A DNA stretch of 64,000 nt from the IMG/VR virus record IMGVR_UViG_3300035670_008414; one strand, 5' to 3'. The first letter of the stretch is position 1; every line of letters begins with the position of its first letter. Below, in pieces: positions 41,169 through 51,110 of the stretch. Position numbers and translations under genes: made by a program. Below the pieces are notes generated by a model. The model was not told the origin of the DNA. It was given only the letters and a program-made list of their open reading frames with translations, and ran no database searches. Source of the DNA: an uncultured virus (IMG/VR IMGVR_UViG_3300035670_008414) (Duplodnaviria; Heunggongvirae; Uroviricota; Caudoviricetes).

Positions 41169-42956
41169 ATGAAAACTAAAACAGCTCCAGATAATATGTA
41201 TATCACTAAAAGTGATGCTGAAATATTTTTATTATCTAAAAAACCAAATAGTAAATCAAATGTCGTTTATATGTATTCGGCATCAAAAGACCCAAAATAT
41301 TCTGGAAAAAACTTAGTTAATAAGTTTGAAAGATTAAATGGAAACTTTGTTTATTTCATTCCTAAAGATGAAACAGGAAAAGTAATTGGAGAACCAGTAA
41401 AACTTTTAAAGATAAATTTCAATACCGACTTAGTTGGGGATATGGAAAAGCCTAGAATTGGAGGGAGTGCTATTCGTTCAGAGGATAAGAATTTATATAT
41501 TAAAATGGATGATGCTGCTCCTTTAAATGATTACATTTTAGAAAATACAAATTTATTTGCATTTAATCCAAGTTGGGTATCTCATGCTAAAGGAAGAAGT
41601 GGAGAGCTTTTAGCTAGTAAATTTACAGGATTAGATGATATTAGAAATGAAATGAATAAATATGGAGTGAATGGTTGTTCATTAGATTTATCAAATGTAG
41701 AAGGACTTGATGAAAGTATTTCTAACACTATGGGAATGGAATTAGATTTAGGAGTTCAAGGTAAATCTGACAATGTTTTTAGAGTTGGTAAATATATTTC
41801 AACTAGAAAATCTGCTAAGATTGTAAATAAAAATGGTAAATGGGTTAGAAGTGGATTTTTCCCAAGAGGTAAGGTAAAAAATGCAATTGGTATTGAGAGA
41901 ATTACATTCTATTGTCCAATGAGACAATCAAATGTAACTAGAAATCTTATTGTATTTGATGATAATACAGCTTCCATGCCTTTTAAATGGGATAAATTTT
42001 CAAGTGCTGATGGATTTAATATGTATAGTAATCTAATTAATGAAAGTTTATTAGATGGACTTACCGAAAATACAAGTTTGTTAGAAGTAGAAGGTAATGA
42101 TTATTCAAACCTAACTAATCAAAGCTTATTAGATGGTCTTACTGAAAACACTAGCTTTTTAGAAGCAACTGGATTTCAAGAATTAGTGAATCCTAGAGAT
42201 GCACAATTATATGTTAGAATGGGTAGTTTTTATGCTCCAAGTGTAATGTTAAGTCCTAATAAAACGAAAGTTTTAAAATCGAATATAAAAAATGCTCCAA
42301 TTCAAGGTGGTGGTACATTAGATTTAATTTTGTTTACGGATAACACAATAGGAAGAAAGTCTGAATGGTTTACAGTTGCTCAATTGCAATATATGTCTGC
42401 AAATGGAGAATATTCAAATTTAATTAATCAAAGTTTGCTTGATGGACTTACCGAAAATACAAGTTTGTTAGAAGCCGAAGGAAACGAACAATATTCTAAT
42501 GGAGTAGGAGATTGGTTCAAAGGATTATTTAAAAAAGATGAGAAAAAACCTGAATATGTAACTGCTCAAACTCCTTTTGGAAATATTCTTTTACCAAAAG
42601 TAGAAGGGGAAAGTCAAGTAGTAGATGGAAAAACTTTAGAGCAAGAATTTTCTAAAAGTCCAGAAGCAAAAGAAGGTAAATCTTTTAAAGATTGGTTTAA
42701 AAGTGATAGCTCTAAAAGAGCTTTGAATAGTGCTTTACAAGTGGTTAATTTCTTATTTGCTCCTAAGACAAAAGAGGGAATAGCTTCGACACAAATTCCT
42801 TCGCAAATGCCTTCTGAGGTTCAAAGTAAATCAGATGATAAAAGCGAAGATAAGCCTGTTACTATACTAGGTATGCAACCAGTAACTTTTGCAATAGTTT
42901 CTGTTTTAACTATTGGAGGTGTAATTGGAGGTATTTATTTACTAAGAAAAAAATAA
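41169..42956 (+). CDS. Tail-anchored virion membrane protein with repeated YSNLxNxSLLDGLTENTS motif
   Basis: Three internal repeats; ILGMQP + TM + RKK C-terminus. Confidence 0.75.
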   Translation: MKTKTAPDNMYITKSDAEIFLLSKKPNSKSNVVYMYSASKDPKYSGKNLVNKFERLNGNFVYFIPKDETGKVIGEPVKLLKINFNTDLVGDMEKPRIGGSAIRSEDKNLYIKMDDAAPLNDYILENTNLFAFNPSWVSHAKGRSGELLASKFTGLDDIRNEMNKYGVNGCSLDLSNVEGLDESISNTMGMELDLGVQGKSDNVFRVGKYISTRKSAKIVNKNGKWVRSGFFPRGKVKNAIGIERITFYCPMRQSNVTRNLIVFDDNTASMPFKWDKFSSADGFNMYSNLINESLLDGLTENTSLLEVEGNDYSNLTNQSLLDGLTENTSFLEATGFQELVNPRDAQLYVRMGSFYAPSVMLSPNKTKVLKSNIKNAPIQGGGTLDLILFTDNTIGRKSEWFTVAQLQYMSANGEYSNLINQSLLDGLTENTSLLEAEGNEQYSNGVGDWFKGLFKKDEKKPEYVTAQTPFGNILLPKVEGESQVVDGKTLEQEFSKSPEAKEGKSFKDWFKSDSSKRALNSALQVVNFLFAPKTKEGIASTQIPSQMPSEVQSKSDDKSEDKPVTILGMQPVTFAIVSVLTIGGVIGGIYLLRKK

Positions 42957-42962
42957 TTTAAA

Positions 42963-43499
42963 ATGAATATTGATTTAACAAATGGAGATATTTTAGATAA
43001 TACTCCTTTAGTAGAGAGAAAGTCAAATGTAGTTAGTAGAATTAATACTATGCTAAAAGAAAATAGCACAGGTATAGTTCCTAGAAAAATACCAGTTGTT
43101 TTACCTAAAATTCAACAACCAGTAGCACAGACACAAAGCTATACTCCTAGACCAGTTGCTCCAGTTAGCTCAGTTCCAACTGCATCTGCTACTCCTATTA
43201 CTACTCCAGAACAAAATATTTCTACTGAAAAGGAATCTGAAAAACCTATAACTGATGCTACTAGTACCGAAACTCCAAAATCAGAAACTAAAAAATCTAT
43301 GTTTTGGGTTATTGGTGCAATAGCAGGTGGAATCATAGGGTATTTTTATGGTAAAAAAATGAATAGTGCCTTAATAGGAGCAGGAATTGGTGGAGGAGCT
43401 GGATTTGTATATGATAAAATGCAAGATAAAAAAGACATCAAAACTAAATCAACAACTGATTCTGCTAAAAAAGATTCATTAGTATCAGAAACTAAATAA
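42963..43499 (+). CDS. Membrane protein, LxNxxxLD N-motif, Pro/Thr linker, Gly-zipper TMs
   Basis: LTNGDILD; WVIGAIAGGIIG; LIGAGIGGGAG. Confidence 0.75.
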   Translation: MNIDLTNGDILDNTPLVERKSNVVSRINTMLKENSTGIVPRKIPVVLPKIQQPVAQTQSYTPRPVAPVSSVPTASATPITTPEQNISTEKESEKPITDATSTETPKSETKKSMFWVIGAIAGGIIGYFYGKKMNSALIGAGIGGGAGFVYDKMQDKKDIKTKSTTDSAKKDSLVSETK

Positions 43500-43500
43500 A

Positions 43501-44010
43501 ATGAAAAACACATTAAATTATACCTTTTTAGGAGCTTTAAGTGGAGCTGCATTGACATTTGTTATTTTGAAGCTTATGAAAAATCCTAATATCGGAAAAG
43601 GAGTTTTGATTGGAGCTGGAACAGGTAGTGCAGTAGGTTTATTGCTTGGAGTTATGGAAGATATGAAAACTTCAAAAACTAGTACTGATGAACAAGAAAA
43701 TTTAGTAACAGAAGCACAAGTTAAGGCTTTTGCAAAGTCATTAGGTATTGATGCCGAGCTTAAAGTAAATAGCTATTTAACCATACTTAATCAAATTCCA
43801 CATACATCGGTACAAAAGCAAAATGTTTTGAATGTTATAAATGTAATGTTGAAAGCAATGAAGGATGGTAAATGGAATGAGGAAGCTAGTTTACCTGAAA
43901 AAAAGCAAATTTTGTTAGCCTATGGAGTTAAAGAAAGTGAATTTAACTCATTTCAGCAAATTGTAGTATCTAACTTAACAAACATAATAACTGGATTTTT
44001 TAATAAATAA
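43501..44010 (+). CDS. Membrane protein with N-terminal Gly-zipper TMs
   Basis: FLGALSGAALTFVIL; GVLIGAGTGSAVGLLLG. Confidence 0.75.
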   Translation: MKNTLNYTFLGALSGAALTFVILKLMKNPNIGKGVLIGAGTGSAVGLLLGVMEDMKTSKTSTDEQENLVTEAQVKAFAKSLGIDAELKVNSYLTILNQIPHTSVQKQNVLNVINVMLKAMKDGKWNEEASLPEKKQILLAYGVKESEFNSFQQIVVSNLTNIITGFFNK

Positions 44011-44040
44011 ATATAAACCAAAGAATAAAATCACAAACAA

Positions 44041-44502
44041 ATGACACAATTAGCAAATGCAAACCTATTAGATGATGATTTAGCAAATGGAAATTCTTTA
44101 AGAAAAAAAAGATTAAACAGGGTAGCACAAAGGGCAGAAAATCCTATTCCAAAAGTTGTAGAAGAAAAATTAGATGATGAAGATGATTATGAAGAAAAAA
44201 ATCAATACAACAATGATGAATACACAGAGCCAAAGTCCTATTCCACAAAAAAGTCTTTTGAAACAGAGCAGCAGCGTTATTTTAATGAAAATTCTAAATC
44301 CGATTCAAATAGCAAAAATGATGATGGCGAAAAGATTTTGGGAATGAAGCCAATTTTATTTTATGGATTAGTAGCAGTTGGATTAGCTATTGGAGGTTAT
44401 ATTGTTTACAATAAATTCATTAAGAAAGGCAAGGCTAATTTAAAATCATTACCAGATGGAAATGCAGTAGCAGGAATAGAAAATAATATAATAAATAAAT
44501 AA
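44041..44502 (+). CDS. Membrane protein, LxNxxxLD N-motif, ILGM TM
   Basis: LANANLLD; KILGMKPILFYGLVAVGLAIGGY. Confidence 0.75.
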   Translation: MTQLANANLLDDDLANGNSLRKKRLNRVAQRAENPIPKVVEEKLDDEDDYEEKNQYNNDEYTEPKSYSTKKSFETEQQRYFNENSKSDSNSKNDDGEKILGMKPILFYGLVAVGLAIGGYIVYNKFIKKGKANLKSLPDGNAVAGIENNIINK

Positions 44503-44518
44503 ATAAAAACAAAACAAG

Positions 44519-45067
44519 ATGAACAACAACTTTGAACTTTTAAATGCGGAAGGACTTGATGAAAGTATTTCTAACACTATGGGATTAGAATATTCTGATT
44601 TTTGCTGTGGTGCAGATGGACAAACAGCTCCTAGTGGAGAAGGAAAGCCTAAAATTGACCCTGCCTTGATTGCACAAGGTGCAGCTACATTAGGAGGTAT
44701 AATAAAAAATATTTCAGCAAATAGAAAACCTACCGATGAAGAACTATTTGCTAGATGCGATAAAAAGCCGGGTATTTTAGCAGGGAAAAAAAAGAAAGAA
44801 AAATGGGAAAAATGTAAAAATGATTTTTATGCAGAAAAATCAAAAGCAGCCGATGCTGAACTAGAAAAACAAAGACTTATAGCTCAACAAGAACAAATTC
44901 GATTAGAGCAACAAAGATTAGGTGCTATGGCTTCAAAAGATTCGGGTAAATCTTCCGATGATAAATTCTTAGGTATGCCAAAGGCAGTTGGAATTACTGT
45001 TGCTATTGTAGGTGGTATAGCAGTTTTAGTAGGGGGTTTCTTTTTAGTTAAAAAGCTTAGAAAATAA
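44519..45067 (+). CDS. Tail-anchored membrane protein, LxNxxxLD N-motif
   Basis: LLNAEGLD; KFLGMPKAVGITVAIVGG. Confidence 0.75.
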   Translation: MNNNFELLNAEGLDESISNTMGLEYSDFCCGADGQTAPSGEGKPKIDPALIAQGAATLGGIIKNISANRKPTDEELFARCDKKPGILAGKKKKEKWEKCKNDFYAEKSKAADAELEKQRLIAQQEQIRLEQQRLGAMASKDSGKSSDDKFLGMPKAVGITVAIVGGIAVLVGGFFLVKKLRK

Positions 45068-45078
45068 AAAATAAAATT

Positions 45079-45756
45079 ATGACAAGAGATTTTGATTTAA
45101 TAAACATAGACCAACTTGATGATAATGTTTTGCAGAATTATTATAATTCTAATGGTATTAAAGAACAGTTTGGTCAATGTGAAGAAATAAATGTTGATAT
45201 TGGGGATGATTTTTTTATAAAAAAATGTAAAGATAATTCTAATGTCAAATTAACTAAAAGGCTATTTAAAAAATATATAGATGGCACTATACAAGAAGGT
45301 AAAATAATAAACTCAGAAGGTAAGATTCTTCTTAGAATTGAAAATAAAAATAAAGTTTTTGATTTTTACCCAAAAGATAAAGGATTTACAAAAAGTGATG
45401 GTTCTGGAAATTATTTTTATTTTGAAGAATTACCTCAATTGATAAAAGATAATATTGCTAAACTTGAAAAATTAAAATCTGATGCAGAAAAGGCAAAACA
45501 ATCTCAGATTGAAGCTCAAAAAAAATCTGATGCAGAAAAAGCAAAAGCAAAACAATTAGCAGATGAAGCTGAAAGAAAGTTTCAGTTAGAAAAAGCAGAA
45601 GCAGAAGCAATAGCGAAACAATCAGAAGCAAAGTTAGCAGAACAAAAAAGATTAGAAGCCGAATTGCAATCTAAAAATAAAAAAATCATGATTATAGGTG
45701 GTATAATCTTAGTATCAGTAGTAGGATTTGTTATTTGGAAAAAATTAAAAAAATAA
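45079..45756 (+). CDS. Tail-anchored coiled-coil protein, LxNxxxLD N-motif
   Basis: LINIDQLD; EKAK coiled coil; C-terminal TM. Confidence 0.75.
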   Translation: MTRDFDLINIDQLDDNVLQNYYNSNGIKEQFGQCEEINVDIGDDFFIKKCKDNSNVKLTKRLFKKYIDGTIQEGKIINSEGKILLRIENKNKVFDFYPKDKGFTKSDGSGNYFYFEELPQLIKDNIAKLEKLKSDAEKAKQSQIEAQKKSDAEKAKAKQLADEAERKFQLEKAEAEAIAKQSEAKLAEQKRLEAELQSKNKKIMIIGGIILVSVVGFVIWKKLKK

Positions 45757-45885
45757 ATGAATAAGAATTTATTAATTATCGGAGGTATTTTAATAGCCGC
45801 TTCTATTGGTTATTACATATACAAATCAAGGAATAGAGAACTGTCTCAAATAGATGTAATGAATGATGATTTATTAGACTTATAA
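45757..45885 (+). CDS. 42-aa TM protein (not in ORF track)
   Basis: MNKNLLIIGGILIAASIGYYIY...VMNDDLLDL; abuts both neighbours. Confidence 0.65.
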   Translation: MNKNLLIIGGILIAASIGYYIYKSRNRELSQIDVMNDDLLDL

Positions 45886-46616
45886 TGAAAAACAAAAAAT
45901 TATTAATAGGAGGAATTGTAGTTTTAGTAGCAGGTATTGGAGGATTTTTATTTTATAGATATAAGAAATCTAAAAAAACTGCATCTGATTCTGAAACAGA
46001 TTCACAAAGCAAGTTAGATTCAGCTAGTAAATCTGAATTAGATTCAGCAGGAGCTGAATTATTTTCAAATAAACCTACTAGTACAGAAGCTCCAAAAAAA
46101 CCTACTTTGGGATTCGGTTCTTCAATTACAGATAAATTAAAAACTTCATTAACTTCTCAAATTTTAAAGTACAAAACAAAAAAACCTATAAATGCTAATA
46201 AAATTATGGGTCTTGGTTTTGTATCTATTCCAGAAAATGAGATTATTGAAGGTAAATTCTTACAATTTTCAGATTCAGGTTTAGGATTATTTGAAGGTAC
46301 ATATAAAGGAGCTAGATTTAGAAAGCAATTGTCTATTTCTGATTTACAAGTTCAATCAGGTCAAGTTGATACTACTTCTACTTCTTCTACTCCATCACTT
46401 GCTCAAGTATCTGAAACTGATTCAAACTTTAAAGTTAAAAATACTTTTAGTGCAAATAAATTAATGGGAATTGGAATGATAGTTATTCCTCAAAATTCAA
46501 ACATAACAGGCAGATTTATTCAATATATTGATGATAAAAGTGGTACTTTTGTTGGAAGATTCAATGGAATACCTTTTAGAAAGCAATTACAAATTTCTAA
46601 TTTAGAAAAAATATAA
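45885..46616 (+). CDS. N-anchored membrane protein with two tandem ~60-aa beta domains
   Basis: ANK[IL]MG.G...IP.N..I.G.F.Q...FRKQL.IS repeated twice. Confidence 0.75.
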   Translation: MKNKKLLIGGIVVLVAGIGGFLFYRYKKSKKTASDSETDSQSKLDSASKSELDSAGAELFSNKPTSTEAPKKPTLGFGSSITDKLKTSLTSQILKYKTKKPINANKIMGLGFVSIPENEIIEGKFLQFSDSGLGLFEGTYKGARFRKQLSISDLQVQSGQVDTTSTSSTPSLAQVSETDSNFKVKNTFSANKLMGIGMIVIPQNSNITGRFIQYIDDKSGTFVGRFNGIPFRKQLQISNLEKI

Positions 46617-46625
46617 ATAAAAAAA

Positions 46626-48926
46626 ATGGACACACCAAAAATTTACATTGCAGATTTAGCTGCTTATAATGAAGGCAAATTAATAGGAGAATGGGTTGAT
46701 TTATCTGATTTCAATGATGGTTCAGAGGTAATGGATGAAATTCAGTCTTTACTAGAAAAATGGTCTAGTGAACAAGGAGAAGAAAGAGAAGAATATGCTA
46801 TTCATGATTTTGAAAATTTCAGCCGAGACTTATATAGTGAATATATGGGAGAAGAAGAATTTGATAAGATAATCAAAATTTATAGTATAAGTGAAGATAA
46901 AAACATTCCACAGGAAGTAATTGGAACTTTAGTTAGAGAATATGGATTAGAGCCTGATGAAATTGAAGATTGGATTGATGAGCATTATCAAGGTCAATTT
47001 GATTCCGATGAAGATTTAGCCTATAATTATATTGAAATGGTGGGTGGAGTTGAAGGATTAGGAGAAGATACAATGAAAAGATATTTCGACTATGAATCAT
47101 TTGGTAGGGATTTGGCTTATGACTATGCAGAATACGATGGACACTATTTTAGAACATATAAAGATGGTGGTTCGGTATCTTATGATTTGAACAAATATAT
47201 TAAAGAAGGTAAAGGATATAAAAGAGGAGGTAAGGTTAAAAATTACTGGATTCAAGATGCTTTAGGAGGTAAAAAAGGAGTTTTAAAAAGAAAAGCTCTT
47301 AAAGAAGGATTAGTAAGGAGCATGGATGAGAAATTATCTAAAACAGACCTTAGAAAATTACAAAAGATGGGAGGTAAAACTGCTAAGAGAGCTTATTTGG
47401 CAGAAACATTGAGGTCTTTTGCCAAAGGCGGTGGGGTTGGAGATTTTAACATAGGTCAAAGTGTAACTATTGATAGATACAATGATAATGAAAATTACGA
47501 TGATTATAGAGGTAAAGAGCTAGTAATAACTGATAAAATAACAAGTTCAAAACAGCATCCTGATTTTGATGAAGGAATAGAAGGACAAGCATTATATTCT
47601 TTTGTTTTAAGAGAAACAGGAGAAGATGTTCCATTTAGTTTGTATGATTATGAACTAGAACAATACGCAAAAGGCGGTGGGGTTGGGGAATACGATTCTG
47701 ATGGATATAGTTATGAGATTTTCTATTCACTTGATAACCCAGAAATTTTCGTGAAAAAAGAAAAAGGTAGATTGGGTAGATACGCTGTATTCGTTGGAGG
47801 AACTATGAGGAGCGGACATCCTGATTTGAAATCAGCTATTAGACAAGCAGACTGGATGCACAATTTTATGTTAAAAAATAAATATGCCAAAGGCGGTGGG
47901 GTTGGAGATTTTAACATAGGTCAAAGTGTAACTATTGATAGATACAATGATAATGAAAATTACGATGATTATAGAGGTAAAGAGCTAGTAATAACTGATA
48001 AAATAACAAGTTCAAAACAGCATCCTGATTTTGATGAAGGAATAGAAGGACAAGCATTATATTCTTTTGTTTTAAGAGAAACAGGAGAAGATGTTCCATT
48101 TAGTTTGTATGATTATGAACTAGAACAATACGCAAAAGGCGGTGGGGTTGGGGAATACGATTCTGATGGATATAGTTATGAGATTTTCTATTCACTTGAT
48201 AACCCAGAAATTTTCGTGAAAAAAGAAAAAGGTAGATTGGGTAGATACGCTGTATTCGTTGGAGGAACTATGAGGAGCGGACATCCTGATTTGAAATCAG
48301 CTATTAGACAAGCAGACTGGATGCACAATTTTATGTTAAAAAATAAATATGCCAAAGGCGGTGGGGTTGGTCGTAGAACAAAAAACTACAAGTATATTCC
48401 AAATCGAATGATTCAGTCAGCAGAAGTAAAGAAAGGTAGAAAAGTAACTGAAATTGCTGGTAAAAATATTCTTGATGGAATTTATGTTAGAGGTAAAGTT
48501 AAATTTGACAATGGAGGTTCTATTGATGATAAATTTTCAATGTCAAAACTTACTCGTGAAAATGGAAAATTTGTAGAAATGGTTATTGCAGAAAATGTAA
48601 CTGTTGGAGAGTTTGAAAAAATGTTTAATGACAAGGGTTATAGGAAAGTTTCAGATACAAGCTTAGTTGGATTTTATTTTGTTAAACCTAATGGAGATAC
48701 AATACAATTAGTTCCAAGTTTCCATAAAAGAGGAGAAATTTTACAATATGAAAATGGAGGTTCTATTGGTTCGGAAGAAGAAGAAGTAAGAAACAACCTT
48801 GTAAATGGAGAAATTTCATGTGAAGCATTACAAAATATTTTGGGTTGCAAACCTGAATATCCAGTTCAAGTTGTTGGTTCATTAAAATTAACTAAGAGCT
48901 TTTTAAGACCTTATTACACAATTTAA
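46626..48926 (+). CDS. ardA: Polyprotein: ArdA antirestriction domain + GG-delimited modules + C-terminal tag
   Basis: KIYIADLAAYNEGKLIGEWVDL, EEYAIHDFE, YFDYESFGRDL; nine [YF]xxGG linkers. Confidence 0.85.
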   Translation: MDTPKIYIADLAAYNEGKLIGEWVDLSDFNDGSEVMDEIQSLLEKWSSEQGEEREEYAIHDFENFSRDLYSEYMGEEEFDKIIKIYSISEDKNIPQEVIGTLVREYGLEPDEIEDWIDEHYQGQFDSDEDLAYNYIEMVGGVEGLGEDTMKRYFDYESFGRDLAYDYAEYDGHYFRTYKDGGSVSYDLNKYIKEGKGYKRGGKVKNYWIQDALGGKKGVLKRKALKEGLVRSMDEKLSKTDLRKLQKMGGKTAKRAYLAETLRSFAKGGGVGDFNIGQSVTIDRYNDNENYDDYRGKELVITDKITSSKQHPDFDEGIEGQALYSFVLRETGEDVPFSLYDYELEQYAKGGGVGEYDSDGYSYEIFYSLDNPEIFVKKEKGRLGRYAVFVGGTMRSGHPDLKSAIRQADWMHNFMLKNKYAKGGGVGDFNIGQSVTIDRYNDNENYDDYRGKELVITDKITSSKQHPDFDEGIEGQALYSFVLRETGEDVPFSLYDYELEQYAKGGGVGEYDSDGYSYEIFYSLDNPEIFVKKEKGRLGRYAVFVGGTMRSGHPDLKSAIRQADWMHNFMLKNKYAKGGGVGRRTKNYKYIPNRMIQSAEVKKGRKVTEIAGKNILDGIYVRGKVKFDNGGSIDDKFSMSKLTRENGKFVEMVIAENVTVGEFEKMFNDKGYRKVSDTSLVGFYFVKPNGDTIQLVPSFHKRGEILQYENGGSIGSEEEEVRNNLVNGEISCEALQNILGCKPEYPVQVVGSLKLTKSFLRPYYTI
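47420..48370 (+). repeat. 465-bp tandem duplication (2 units), apparently identical, bounded by GG-linker DNA
   Basis: gccaaaggcggtggggttgg at 47421, 47886, 48351; intervening sequence looks identical by eye. Confidence 0.95.
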
Positions 48927-48945
48927 TAATATTAAAAAATAAACA

Positions 48946-50289
48946 ATGGATTTATCAAATTCAAATATGTTAGATGATAGCTTTTCTAACTTTGCTAGTT
49001 CAAAAAATGGTAGGATTAAAACTATTTACCCAACAGCATTGCCTAGCGGAGATAGATTAGAAGATGAATTTGGAGGTTCGGCTTCATATCCTTCTTTTAA
49101 TGAAATGTTACCATTATCGACATTGGTAGAACCTATGATTATTGATGCTGGATTTGGTAATATGTATGAAAGCACTCCTTATGGTTATTATTTAAAACCT
49201 GATTCGTATTCAAATTTTGTTTGTGATGAAATAAGTTCATTTACAACTGATGAAGAATATGCTAGTTTTATCGGAGACCATTTAGAATATGTAGGTCAAA
49301 TGTATTCTAATGATGAAATGTACTCGGAAGCTAAAGGTAGATTAAAAGCATGGGTTCAGAAACAAGGAGATAAAGCTAAAGAAGTTGTTCAGAATGTAAA
49401 ATCTACTGCAAAAGATGTTACTAGAGACATTAAAAAAGGATTTCAAAATGTAAAAAGTGAAATAGGCAAAGGATTTGAAAATGTAAAATCTGGAGTTAAA
49501 AAAGGTTTCGATAATGTTAAGAATTGGGTAAAAGAAAATACCAAAGATGGTAAAGCTTTGCATCACTTGAATAAAGTAAATCCTGCTTTTATTGCTATGA
49601 GAGGAGCTATAATTGGCTTACTTGAAAAGAATGTGGTAGGTATTGCTACTTCATTTGCAGCTATAAAAGAAAAAGGAGCTAATAGATACGAGGAAGTTCA
49701 AGAAAAGTGGTATAAGTGGGGAGGAGATAAGAAAAGATTCGATGAAGCGGTACAATCTGGTAGAAACAAGAAAAAATTATTTTTAGACATAGTTTTAAAA
49801 GCAAAAGGTAAAAAAGGTTTTGATGGAGAATACTATTATGCAGAAGGAGAAGAAGAAAAAAACCCTGCAAAAATGGTTATGTTAGCTGCAAGTTCATTAG
49901 GTGCTTTGAGTGGAGTGTTAGCTTCTATACCTTCTCCCGACCCTGCTACTAAAGGAGTTGCTGCATGGACTGGAGTTGGAGGTGCTGGAATTGGAGCTTT
50001 GGGTGGAATTATGAAATCATTTGCTAAAGATATGGGTGCTAGTGAGGAAGAATTAGCTGAAATACCAGAAAATCCAGACCCAAAAGATTCAGAATTACCT
50101 ACTGATGAAGAACAATTAAAAGCATTACAAAAATCCATAGAATCAGAAGAATCTACTACATTGAGTTCAAAAGAAATGGAAGATGATGATAAAATATTAG
50201 GAATGTCTAAACCATTATTTTTCACTCTAACTGGTATTCTAGTTGTTGGAGGTGGTTTTTTAGCTTATAAATTAATAAAGAAAAAGTAA
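48946..50289 (+). CDS. Membrane protein, LxNxxxLD N-motif, 11-aa amphipathic repeats, ILGM tail anchor
   Basis: LSNSNMLD; KGF[QED]NVK repeats; KILGMSKPLFF TM. Confidence 0.75.
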   Translation: MDLSNSNMLDDSFSNFASSKNGRIKTIYPTALPSGDRLEDEFGGSASYPSFNEMLPLSTLVEPMIIDAGFGNMYESTPYGYYLKPDSYSNFVCDEISSFTTDEEYASFIGDHLEYVGQMYSNDEMYSEAKGRLKAWVQKQGDKAKEVVQNVKSTAKDVTRDIKKGFQNVKSEIGKGFENVKSGVKKGFDNVKNWVKENTKDGKALHHLNKVNPAFIAMRGAIIGLLEKNVVGIATSFAAIKEKGANRYEEVQEKWYKWGGDKKRFDEAVQSGRNKKKLFLDIVLKAKGKKGFDGEYYYAEGEEEKNPAKMVMLAASSLGALSGVLASIPSPDPATKGVAAWTGVGGAGIGALGGIMKSFAKDMGASEEELAEIPENPDPKDSELPTDEEQLKALQKSIESEESTTLSSKEMEDDDKILGMSKPLFFTLTGILVVGGGFLAYKLIKKK

Positions 50290-50297
50290 TTTTAAGT

Positions 50298-51110
50298 ATG
50301 AATTTTTCGATACCATGTAACGGATTGCCATTTACTTTGATTGTCGGTATAAAAACTAACAAGCCTGAAAATATTTGCCTTACTGCTAAAGATTATCATA
50401 AGCAAAATACATACTACATTAGTAGAAAAGGAATGGTAAATGGTTATAAGGAATATGAATTAAAGTTCCCACAAACTCCAAAGCTATTAGTATTTTCTAT
50501 TTTCAACTTAGATAAGGGTAATTTTCCAAATAATGAGGATGATTCATTCAAAATAGTAAAATTTGAAGCTGAGAATTGTAAAACATATCCACTTTGGGGA
50601 GATAAAGATGTTTTTAATTTTGTAAAGTTTGCAAAAGAATTTTCAGCAAATGCAAGTGTTTTATCATCTGGAGACTTTAAGCCTAGTATTTATCGTTCCG
50701 ATGATGGTAAATTTTGTATTGACTATTATAATAAAATTAGAGATAGAAAAAGTGGTAGATTTGTTAGTACCCCTGCTAGAATAGGACATCAAACAGGTAT
50801 TATAGAAATTTCTAAGTCTGATTTTGAAAAATATACTGTGCCTATGAGAATGGTAATTTTATTGCATGAATTTTCTCATAAGTACATGAATCCAAAAGTA
50901 AATAGAGAAATATCAGATGAAATTGCAGCCGATATTAATGCTCTAAATATTTATCTTTCATTAGGTTATCCAGACATTGAAGCTCAATATGCGTTTTTAA
51001 GAGTATTTAAGGGAGCTAATAACTCTTTAAATAAAAAGAGATATTTGATTTTGGATGATTTCATAAAGAAATTTTCCAAAGGAGACTTGGAAAATAAGCT
51101 AGATGTATAA
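50298..51110 (+). CDS. Zincin-like metallopeptidase
   Basis: VILLHEFSH followed by EIAAD third-ligand motif. Confidence 0.7.
   Translation: MNFSIPCNGLPFTLIVGIKTNKPENICLTAKDYHKQNTYYISRKGMVNGYKEYELKFPQTPKLLVFSIFNLDKGNFPNNEDDSFKIVKFEAENCKTYPLWGDKDVFNFVKFAKEFSANASVLSSGDFKPSIYRSDDGKFCIDYYNKIRDRKSGRFVSTPARIGHQTGIIEISKSDFEKYTVPMRMVILLHEFSHKYMNPKVNREISDEIAADINALNIYLSLGYPDIEAQYAFLRVFKGANNSLNKKRYLILDDFIKKFSKGDLENKLDV

Noticed and set aside
47420..48370. Recurring 20-nt GC-rich sequence as a CRISPR array
   Set aside because: Spacing is 219-246 nt, in frame inside a CDS, spacers are duplicated, and there are no cas genes.
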